NCBI RefSeq assembly: GCF_000253055.1
Contig: NC_016070.1
Span: 1,680,001 to 1,712,000 of the forward strand
DNA: 32,000 nucleotides
DNA from: Thermoproteus tenax Kra 1
GTDB lineage: Archaea; Thermoproteota; Thermoprotei; Thermoproteales; Thermoproteaceae
Direction: 5' to 3'
Positions 15,544-27,248 of the stretch are shown here, piece after piece. Both the position numbers and the translations under genes were made by a program. Below the pieces are notes generated by a model. The model was not told where the DNA came from and did not search any database. It saw only the letters and a list, made by a program, of their open reading frames with translations. How positions within the stretch are numbered: position 1 is the stretch's first letter; the number at the start of each line of letters is the position of its first letter.

Positions 15544-16610
15544 GTTAAGACGCGGTGGAAGGTATCCCTCAGAGCGGGCCTCCGCCCGGCCTCCCTTGCT
15601 ATTTCGGCCAGCTCGTCTACTGTGGCCCGCCCGGCCATCCCAGCTGATCTGAGCACTGCCTCGTTGTACATTGTCCCCACTAGGTCGTTGGCCCCCGCCT
15701 TGAGCAGAACTGAGGCCGTCCTCTTGCCTGTCGATGTCCAATAGGCGGCCACTTTCACTCTGTCCAAGAGGATTAGCCGGGCCACCGCCACTATCTTCAC
15801 GTCGTATGAGGCAGGGGCCGGCCCCCTCACTATGCCCCTTGCGTAGAGTTCGGTGTTATACGGAGAGAACTTAATCGGTATAAAGGTCAATACGCCTCTA
15901 GTTCTCTCTTGGAGCTCCTTGACCTTGAATATATGATCGACTATGTGCTCCGGCCTCTCGACGTGTCCGTAGAGCATAGTGGCGTTGCTGGGTATGCCCA
16001 ACTTGTGTGCCTCTTCGGCTATCCTCAACCAAGTCTCTCCGTCCAACTTGTAGGGAGCAATAATCTTCCTGACCTCGTCTGCAAAGATCTCCGCGCCACC
16101 CCCCGAGATTGCATCGAGCCCTGCGGCCCGGAGGCGCTCGAGAACCTCCCTCCATGTCATGCGCCAGAGCCTGGAGTAGTAGTCTATTTCGGCCATGGTG
16201 GGCCCCTTTATCGTCACGCTGGGGGCCGCTGCCTTCACAGCCTTGAAGACAGATTCGAAGTACTCCACGGAGAGCTCCGGGTTGAATCCGCCGTTTATGT
16301 GGAGCTCCGTAACGCCGAGCTCCCTCTGCGCCGCGGCGACTATCTTGGCGACCTCCTCTGGAGTTCTTGTGTAGGCCTCGCGGTGTCCTGGGAGTCTGTA
16401 GAATGCACATATGGGGCATTTCGCCACACAGACGTTGCTGTAGTTCACTACGATATTGTTGACAAATGTCACGACATCGCCGTAAGTCCTCAGAGTCACC
16501 TCTTCGGCGGCCTTGGCCAAAGCCATGAAGTCGCCCTCCCTCAAGAGGGAGACGGCCTCGTCCTTGCTCAGGCCGCGGAGGGCCGCATCGACTATCTCGC
16601 GCGGATCCAT
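15534..16610 (-). CDS. mqnE: Radical SAM enzyme of the MqnE/MqnC/CofH family, closer to MqnE (aminofutalosine synthase)
   Basis: The CxxxCxxC cluster is CVAKCPICAFY. VTELHINGGFNP and IKGPTMAEI resemble the MqnE pattern (tE.Hi.GG..P; i.aft..Ei). I prefer the start at MDPREIV (16610). Confidence 0.7.
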   Translation of the reverse strand: MDPREIVDAALRGLSKDEAVSLLREGDFMALAKAAEEVTLRTYGDVVTFVNNIVVNYSNVCVAKCPICAFYRLPGHREAYTRTPEEVAKIVAAAQRELGVTELHINGGFNPELSVEYFESVFKAVKAAAPSVTIKGPTMAEIDYYSRLWRMTWREVLERLRAAGLDAISGGGAEIFADEVRKIIAPYKLDGETWLRIAEEAHKLGIPSNATMLYGHVERPEHIVDHIFKVKELQERTRGVLTFIPIKFSPYNTELYARGIVRGPAPASYDVKIVAVARLILLDRVKVAAYWTSTGKRTASVLLKAGANDLVGTMYNEAVLRSAGMAGRATVDELAEIAREAGRRPALRDTFHRVLTWL

Positions 16611-16650
16611 ACGGGCTATACAACTCAAATAAATATTTCGGAGAAGTGGC
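16611..16650. promoter_or_regulatory. 40-bp divergent control region shared by mqnE (-) and mqnC (+)
   Basis: The whole intergenic sequence is acgggctatacaactcaaataaatatttcggagaagtggc. It holds a single AT-rich core, aaataaatattt, between two start codons only 40 nt apart. Confidence 0.45.
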
Positions 16651-17685
16651 GTGGACAGAGGCGAGATCGAGGAGCTCCTCAAGAGGGATCTCTGGGAGCT
16701 GGGCTCGGAGGCTTGGAGAATCAGAAGCAAACTATACGGCAGAGTCACTACCTATATATCAAGCATGGTGTTGAACTACACGAACGTGTGCGTGATAGAG
16801 TGCGAGTTCTGTCCCTTCTGGAGGAGGCGCGGTGAACAAGACGCCTACGCGCTGAGCGTGGAGGAGGCACTGAGGAGAGTGTTAGAGGTGGACGCAAAAT
16901 ACGGCTTGAGGCAAGTGTTAGTACAAGGCGGTATCAACCCCGATATAGGGATAGAGTACTTCGAGGAGCTGTTCAGAGCTATAAAGTCCAAGGCGCCGCA
17001 CATAGCCATCCACGCGCTCTCCCCCCTTGAGGTCGACTATCTGGCTAGGAGGGAAAGAGCCAGCTGGAGGGAGGTCCTGGAGAGGTTGCGGGAGGCCGGC
17101 ATGGACTCCATGCCGGGAGGAGGAGGGGAGATCTTAGTGGACAGAGTGAGGCGCGAGATATCGCCTAAAAAAATAGGCTCGGAGATTTGGCTGAGGATAA
17201 TGGAGGAGGCACACAAGTTGGGCATACCTACCTCGGCCACAATGATGTATGGACACGTGGAGACCCAGGAAGAGTGGGCTGAACATCTGTGGAAGATAGC
17301 AGATCTACAGAGAAGGACGAAGGGCTTTATGGCGTTTATAGCCTGGAATTATGAGCCGGCGGGCAACCCGCTGGGGCGTAGAGTCAAATACGCCAAGACG
17401 GCCGCTACTCTGCTCAGAGTTGTGGCCGTTGCGCGCATCGCGTTCACGGGCGAGTCCTTCATACCGCACATACAGTCCAGCTGGCTCACTAATGGGCCCG
17501 AGGCGGCTGAGTTGGCCATGTATTTCGGCGCGGACGACTTCGGCGGCACGCTCTACGAAGAGAGAGTGTTGGAGAGCCAGAGGAGGATCTCACCCATCGG
17601 GACTAGGGAGGATGTTGTGATGTTAATAGAGAGGGCCGGCTTCACGCCCGCAGAGAGGGACAACTGGTACAGAATCATCAGCTGA
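16651..17685 (+). CDS. mqnC: Radical SAM enzyme, closer to MqnC (cyclic dehypoxanthinyl futalosine synthase)
   Basis: The cluster is CVIECEFCPFW. RQVLVQGGINP and IHALSPLEV resemble the MqnC pattern (lQGG.nP; hafSP.Ei). GTG start at 16651. Confidence 0.7.
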   Translation: MDRGEIEELLKRDLWELGSEAWRIRSKLYGRVTTYISSMVLNYTNVCVIECEFCPFWRRRGEQDAYALSVEEALRRVLEVDAKYGLRQVLVQGGINPDIGIEYFEELFRAIKSKAPHIAIHALSPLEVDYLARRERASWREVLERLREAGMDSMPGGGGEILVDRVRREISPKKIGSEIWLRIMEEAHKLGIPTSATMMYGHVETQEEWAEHLWKIADLQRRTKGFMAFIAWNYEPAGNPLGRRVKYAKTAATLLRVVAVARIAFTGESFIPHIQSSWLTNGPEAAELAMYFGADDFGGTLYEERVLESQRRISPIGTREDVVMLIERAGFTPAERDNWYRIIS

Positions 17686-18856
17686 GAACCTCGCCGGTCT
17701 CCAACAGGCGTAGGACGCCCTTTGAGGCAACTGCGACAGCCCTCCCGAAGGCCCTCTGGCCGACTAGAGGCGAGAAGCGGCAAGTCCCTCTGAAGTCCGA
17801 CTCCGAGACCACGAACTCCTCGAGTCTGAAAATGGAGAAAGACGCGGGGGCGCCTGGAGCGAGCCTTACGTCGAACCCGGAGAATCTCGCCGGGCGGGCC
17901 GAGTAGAGCCTCACGACATCGCTCAAGTCCAGAAGCCCGTCGCGCCAGAGGCGCAACAACAACGACGACGCCACGTCAAGACTACATATCCCCGGCGGAG
18001 GGCTCGGCGACTTTTTCTCCTGCAGCGCGTGAGGGGCGTGGTCTGTAGCATACATATCCACGGTGCCTGAGAGGAAGAGGGAGAGCAAACGCCTCCTCTG
18101 CTCCTCGGAACGTAGCGGAGGGTTGACTCTGCAGAGACCTGGATCTCTGCAGCTCTCCTGGCTGAGGAGTAAGTGGTGCGGCGTGACGTCCATCGTTGCG
18201 GCGCCCCTCAGAGTCTCTACAGTGTAGGGCAGAGAGACGTGTGTGACGTGTATTTTGTAGCCCCTACGGGCGTAGAGCAATGCCCTATCGGCGCATCGGG
18301 CCTCGGCCTCGGGCGGCCTGGAGCCCCCTTTGAAGTACGCAGGGTCCTCGCAGTGGAACACGGCGGTGCAGCCGAGGGAGGAGCATCTCCCCAGAAGCGC
18401 CTCTATGTGCGGCCAGCCGTACTGCTCTACGTCCTCTGGGTATATTTTCACAGAGCGAGGCCGCGCCCTCTCGAGCTCCGTGAGGTCCTCTGGGACTCCC
18501 ATATGTACACCGTAATATATAGCGAGACGCGAGCCCTCAGCGATCCTCTTGGTGTATAGCTCGGCTGTGTTTATACGCGGCGAAGTGTTTGGCATATCCA
18601 TGACTCCCACGACGCCCCCCGCGAGGGCTGCGGCCGCGCCGCCCTCAAGGGTCTCCTTGTAGGACAGCCCCCAGTCTCTGAAGTGCACGTGTATATCGAC
18701 GAAGCCCGGCAAGATTATATAATGCCGCGAGAACTGTAGCGTGCGGCATCCGGCCCTTGTGCTCCTAAGCGATCTGATGATGCCGTTCTCGACGAGAATA
18801 GAAACGTCCTCAATGCGCCCTCCGATGTACGCCTTGCCCACTACAGTGAAACACAC
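17678..18856 (-). CDS. pyrC: Dihydroorotase (amidohydrolase superfamily)
   Basis: ILPGFVDIHVHFRDWGLSYKETLEGGAAAALAGGVVGVMDMPNTSP is the classic DHOase N-terminal signature. A later YATDHAPH is also present. GTG start. The 3' end overlaps mqnC by 8 nt. Confidence 0.8.
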   Translation of the reverse strand: MCFTVVGKAYIGGRIEDVSILVENGIIRSLRSTRAGCRTLQFSRHYIILPGFVDIHVHFRDWGLSYKETLEGGAAAALAGGVVGVMDMPNTSPRINTAELYTKRIAEGSRLAIYYGVHMGVPEDLTELERARPRSVKIYPEDVEQYGWPHIEALLGRCSSLGCTAVFHCEDPAYFKGGSRPPEAEARCADRALLYARRGYKIHVTHVSLPYTVETLRGAATMDVTPHHLLLSQESCRDPGLCRVNPPLRSEEQRRRLLSLFLSGTVDMYATDHAPHALQEKKSPSPPPGICSLDVASSLLLRLWRDGLLDLSDVVRLYSARPARFSGFDVRLAPGAPASFSIFRLEEFVVSESDFRGTCRFSPLVGQRAFGRAVAVASKGVLRLLETGEVLS

Positions 18857-18872
18857 GGGGAAGGTGGGGGCA

Positions 18873-18884
18873 GGATTTATGAAT
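18873..18884 (-). promoter_or_regulatory. TATA-like box for pyrC
   Basis: On the minus strand, ttcataaatcc lies ~22-27 nt upstream of the GTG at 18856. Confidence 0.4.
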
Positions 18885-18890
18885 GCGGGA

Positions 18891-18911
18891 GCGAAAAATT
18901 TTTAATTTAGG
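18891..18911 (+). promoter_or_regulatory. rRNA operon promoter (BRE/TATA-like)
   Basis: gcgaaaaatttttaatttagg is the only strong AT box between pyrC and the GC-rich rRNA leader. It predicts a ~170-nt 5' leader. Confidence 0.6.
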
Positions 18912-19050
18912 GTGTTTTAGGATGGTCGCGCCTTAATTGTTTGTGTGGCCGAGGCGGGGCCTCGGCCGAATTGCCTTAATGTTCCCCCGACTAACCCCCC
19001 TGGGTTTAGCCCGGGCGGGCGTCGGGGGAGAAAACCCCACGCCGCCGAAA

Positions 19051-19087
19051 CGCGCGGAGTCCGGGGTGGTCCCGCCCCCGAGGGCGG
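19051..19087 (+). other. 5' strand of the pre-16S processing helix (pairs with 20612-20644)
   Basis: cgcgcggagtcc (19051-19062) is the exact reverse complement of ggactccgcgcg (20633-20644). cccgcccccgaggg (19071-19084) pairs with ccctcggggcggg (20612-20624), leaving one extra C. Confidence 0.8.
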
Positions 19088-19103
19088 CCTGCGGCCGCTC
19101 TCG

Positions 19104-20609
<1,506 letters not shown>

Positions 20610-20655
20610 GACCCTCGGGGCGGGAACCTAGAGGACTCCGCGCGTGCTCCGCAAG

Positions 20656-20669
20656 CCGCCGTCCGCACG
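20656..20669 (+). other. 5' strand of the pre-23S processing helix (pairs with 23693-23706)
   Basis: ccgccgtccgcacg is the exact reverse complement of cgtgcggacggcgg at 23693-23706. The 16S-23S spacer is only ~60 nt and contains no tRNA. Confidence 0.8.
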
Positions 20670-23692
<3,023 letters not shown>

Positions 23693-23740
23693 CGTGCGGA
23701 CGGCGGGCGAAAGAGCCGGCGGCGTGGGGTACTCGTAATA

Positions 23741-23754
23741 CTCCTTTTTCTCCC
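23741..23754 (+). terminator. Oligo-T tract after the 23S rRNA
   Basis: ctcctttttctccc is the first T-run after the 3' processing-stem strand. Archaeal RNA polymerase terminates at oligo-T. Confidence 0.5.
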
Positions 23755-24004
23755 GGGCTCCGTTTGGCTACAGTGTGTTCTGGTGGAGTTTATGCACTGC
23801 AAGCCTGCTCATATTCGTGGAGGAGTCAGTGACGTATGGGACGTTCGTAGCGATAGATACAAATTCAGAGTCTGACGGAGGCAAGCCTATTTGTCTGGCG
23901 TGTTAAGATCGCGGCACAGCGGCGCGTCCGTCTGAGAAGACGACTTGCTATATGTCTCGCCCTCTTCACATTTTCCGTTAGCAGTCTAGCTGTTCCGCCT
24001 CGCG

Positions 24005-24393
24005 CTACAATACATCAAATACGGCCTCAGGTGAGCCGAGCTCCTCCCTCATGGCCTCGTAGAGCAAGTCTTGTCTGACGTCGGCGTATCCGTATACTAA
24101 GATATTCCTCATGCCGGAGATACCCTTTGCTATTGGACGTAGCTCGGGCGGAATGAGGTCTAGGACTACCTCCACGGCGTCTCGATATGTGGCGCCCCTC
24201 AGCCTCCTCCGCCGGACCGCCACGAAGGAGGCTCTAGGAGAGCCTCTAGGAAGATGTGCATGTACCTCTCGGCGAGGGCTTGATAGTCCTCGTTTGAGCT
24301 GTACTCCTCCCAACTCAGCTGGGCGAGCCTCCTCAGCTTTTCGAGGGCCCTCTTCGCCTTAGACGCCCTATTGGCGAGACCCGGCGAGGGCAT
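24005..24393 (-). pseudogene. HEPN (DUF86) RNase-type toxin gene, split by a 1-nt frameshift and with the motif His replaced
   Basis: The N-terminal half is ORF 24199..24393 (..AERYMHIFLEALL). The C-terminal half is ORF 24005..24313 (ASFVAV..ATYRDAVEVV...GMRNILVYGY). The frames switch near 24230-24245. The R-x4-H motif reads RNILVY (TAC where CAC is expected). Confidence 0.7.
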
Positions 24394-24813
24394 TTTTCAC
24401 CATCTTTACGAGGGACTCGAGGTCCGCCATCTTGTCGAAGGCCTCGGCGGCGTCCCAATAGTACTCCCTGAGGCAGTCTCGCGGGCCGCAGTGGTAGATA
24501 AGACTCCCCCGGCCCGGAGCCTCCCAAGCCGCGATGGGGCCAGCCCAGTCTAAAACCAACAGATCTAGCTTCCCGGGAACGCACCTCTCCAGCCCCCGTA
24601 TAGGCGGCCAAGCTCCGTAAGGGATATCCTTCTCCCCACCTTCACCGCGAGATCCCAATCGCTGAACTCCGCAGCATATCCCAGAGCCCGGGAGCCGAAC
24701 AGAACTACGTACCTTAGCTCAAAACGCGCCGCCACATCGCCCACGCACTTCTCAAGAGGCTCCGCAGCGTAGAGAAAGACACAGTATTTATGTAGAACAG
24801 TATAAACATCCAC
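24368..24813 (-). pseudogene. Minimal nucleotidyltransferase (MNT) antitoxin-type gene, split by a frameshift at a G5 run
   Basis: The N-terminal half carries VVLFGSRALGYAAEFSDWDLAV (GS...D.D motif). The C-terminal half (GLERCVPGKLDLLVLD...) continues in another frame. The switch is at TACGGGGGCTGG (~24593-24604). The true start is uncertain (possibly GTG at 24744). The gene overlaps the HEPN start by 26 nt. Confidence 0.7.
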
Positions 24814-25935
24814 ATGCCACCAAGAGCTTGGTATTTGGCCGCGGGCTTTGTGATTATGTGTTTCAATTCCTTATATCAGTACACTTGGAATTTGTTGGCT
24901 CCGATGATAGGGCGCGCCATGGGGCTGGGCGTCTTGGCAGAGGCCGTCGGCTTCACAATATACGTTATAGTGTCAACGGTCGCGCAACCGGCCGGCGGAG
25001 CTCTGGCTGACTTAAGAGGCCCGCGCGGCGTGGGGGCCCTCTCGGCCGTCCTCTCGGCGCTGGGCTTCATAGGGGCAGCCCTGGCGCCGGGGCCTGCGCT
25101 TTTGTATCTGGCGTGGGGGCTCGGCAGCGCGGGCGAGGGAGTGCTCTACGGAATAGCGTTCAATCTGGCCGTCAAATGGTACCAAGACAAGCTGGGCCTC
25201 GCCACAGGCCTCGTGTCGCTCGGCTTCGGCCTTGGGTCCGCCGTGGCCAACCCGCTCATAGCCTCCGTGGGCAACTACAGAGAGGCCACTTTGGCTATCG
25301 GCGTAGTTGAACTCCTAGTCTTAGTTCCGCTGTCCCTCCTCGTCGATTACCCGAGGGGGCTCTCCGGGGTCTCTCCGAGGCGCGCCCTGCTCGACGCGCG
25401 CTTCTGGACGCTCTACGCCTCCTACGCCCTCGGCGCAGTGCCCCTCCTCTCGTTGGCCTCCTCGCTACATCTCTTGGTCGGCGGAGGGGAACTCGTCCTC
25501 TTGGCCTCCCTCTATCCCCTCCTAGTTGGAGCCGCGAGACCGCTGTTGGGCGCCCTCGCTGACAAGTGGGGCCCCCTCAAGGCCATCTATCTGGCCCTCG
25601 CTGTCAGCGCCGCCGGCACGCTCGCAATGTTGGCAGGTCTGGACATAGTGGGCGTCATCGCCGTGGGTCTCACGGGCGGCGCCATCATAATCCTCTATTT
25701 GAACCTCTCCAGCAGGATCTTCGGGCCCAAGTACGCTACTGCTAACAACGGCCTCTTGTACACGGCCAAGGCTGTCGGCGGGACTCTCGGCAGCGCTGCC
25801 TTCGGCTACGTCTACGCCCTCGGGGGCGCCCGGGCATCCCTCCTTTTCGCTGCTGCGTCAGCGTTGGCGGCCATGGCCATATTGGCGGCGCAGCGCGGAC
25901 TGGAGAGGCCCCTCCCAAGGGACCCCCAGTTGTAG
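24814..25935 (+). CDS. MFS transporter (oxalate/formate antiporter-like)
   Basis: About 12 hydrophobic helices, with an OFA-like N-terminus (AAGFVIMCFNSLYQYTWNLLAPMIG). agtatttatgtag lies ~25 nt upstream of the ATG. Confidence 0.8.
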   Translation: MPPRAWYLAAGFVIMCFNSLYQYTWNLLAPMIGRAMGLGVLAEAVGFTIYVIVSTVAQPAGGALADLRGPRGVGALSAVLSALGFIGAALAPGPALLYLAWGLGSAGEGVLYGIAFNLAVKWYQDKLGLATGLVSLGFGLGSAVANPLIASVGNYREATLAIGVVELLVLVPLSLLVDYPRGLSGVSPRRALLDARFWTLYASYALGAVPLLSLASSLHLLVGGGELVLLASLYPLLVGAARPLLGALADKWGPLKAIYLALAVSAAGTLAMLAGLDIVGVIAVGLTGGAIIILYLNLSSRIFGPKYATANNGLLYTAKAVGGTLGSAAFGYVYALGGARASLLFAAASALAAMAILAAQRGLERPLPRDPQL

Positions 25936-25957
25936 CAATAAAAAGGCTGGATAATCT

Positions 25958-27202
25958 ATGGGGATCCTCCTCAACGTAGACTATGGGGATCCTCTGGCCA
26001 AATTGAGGGCTCGGAGCGTCCTCAGGAGGATACGCCCCAAGTACGTCGGAGAGGAGGAGGCCATAGACGCGTTCTATGTCCACTACAGGAGGCCCATCTT
26101 GGGCGGGACTGCATCGAGCGAAGCTTGGGCCCGCTTTCTGGGGCTCTACCTCTCCTCGGAGTATTACAAGCGGGTTGGAGATATCTGCAGGCTCAACGCC
26201 AAGGCATCCCTCGAGGCTGCGGTGCGCCTATTGGCCGCATATGAGTCGTTTCTAGACTCCCTGGAGACTGACGAGGGGAGGCTCTGGTTGGGCCGCGGCC
26301 TCTTCCTCAAGTGGTCTATGGCCTTGAGAAAGATCAAGAGGTACTTCGGGGATCCTCACGACGTCTACAAGCTTTATCTCTCGCTGAGGAGGCTCGGCGA
26401 AGTGCTCGGCTCCGGCAGGTCAGAGGATCCGGCGTCCCTATCTCTGTCCATAGCCGCCGACCCTGCCAGGGCCAAGCTCGCCGACATAATAGTGGACGCC
26501 GCAAGGATAGCTTCCTCTTTGGGAGAGATCGACTTGGACGAGGGCGACGGCGGCGGGCCCCACTTGCCGGACGGCATCATGTTGGCGTCAGCGGAGCTCG
26601 CGTTGAAGAGGGCCGCCGGCCTCACCAGAGCCCTCTACATCGCCTCGCGCGAGCTCTTCGCCTACAAGGTCGCCACGTCCACTCTCACTGCTAAATACTA
26701 CGTAATGGCGCACAGACCCCGTCTGTACATCTTGGTGGACAAGTCCGGCTCTATGTACGACGTGGTCCCCGGCGCAGGCGTCAGGAGGATATCGCTGGCG
26801 GCCGCGTGGGCCATAGCTCTGTTGAGGAGACACAAGGGCTCCCTAGTCCGCTTTTTCGATGTACAGTTGCATAAGCCCGGGAGCAACCTCGACGTTGCCG
26901 AGATCCTCCTCAAGGTAGTCCCCTCGGGGGGCACTAACTTGAAGAACGCCGTAGAGGCCGCTCTAGAGGAGGCGCAGATGTTGGGGCCTAGGAGGTACGA
27001 GCTCGTGGTCATTACCGACGGCGAAGACGACTCTTTGGATGAGCCAACTGCGGAGAGAGCGAGGAGGCTGTTCGCGGGCGGAAGAATATACTTAGTCGGC
27101 CGCGCCGAGCCTCAGCGGACTGCCCGACTTCCCCTGCCTGCGAGCTTTGTAAAAACGCCCAAAATAACGGGCCTCTCAGGTCTGGGCATGGCATCGGTCT
27201 AA
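25958..27202 (+). CDS. VWA (von Willebrand A, MIDAS) domain protein with an uncharacterised ~240-aa helical N-terminal region
   Basis: The MIDAS motif is LVDKSGSM, followed by GGTNL and VVITDGEDD. I recognise no motif in the N-terminal half. Confidence 0.75.
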   Translation: MGILLNVDYGDPLAKLRARSVLRRIRPKYVGEEEAIDAFYVHYRRPILGGTASSEAWARFLGLYLSSEYYKRVGDICRLNAKASLEAAVRLLAAYESFLDSLETDEGRLWLGRGLFLKWSMALRKIKRYFGDPHDVYKLYLSLRRLGEVLGSGRSEDPASLSLSIAADPARAKLADIIVDAARIASSLGEIDLDEGDGGGPHLPDGIMLASAELALKRAAGLTRALYIASRELFAYKVATSTLTAKYYVMAHRPRLYILVDKSGSMYDVVPGAGVRRISLAAAWAIALLRRHKGSLVRFFDVQLHKPGSNLDVAEILLKVVPSGGTNLKNAVEAALEEAQMLGPRRYELVVITDGEDDSLDEPTAERARRLFAGGRIYLVGRAEPQRTARLPLPASFVKTPKITGLSGLGMASV

Positions 27203-27248
27203 GGGGACGGTCGCCGATAACTTCATAATTTGCGGCGACACCCTCTAT

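Noticed and set aside
15898-16835. Long ORFs 15909..16835 (+) and 15898..16623 (-) overlapping mqnE
   Set aside because: They are antisense or out of frame relative to a gene with clear radical-SAM motifs. Their composition is Arg/Gly-rich with no motifs, which is typical of GC-rich shadow ORFs.
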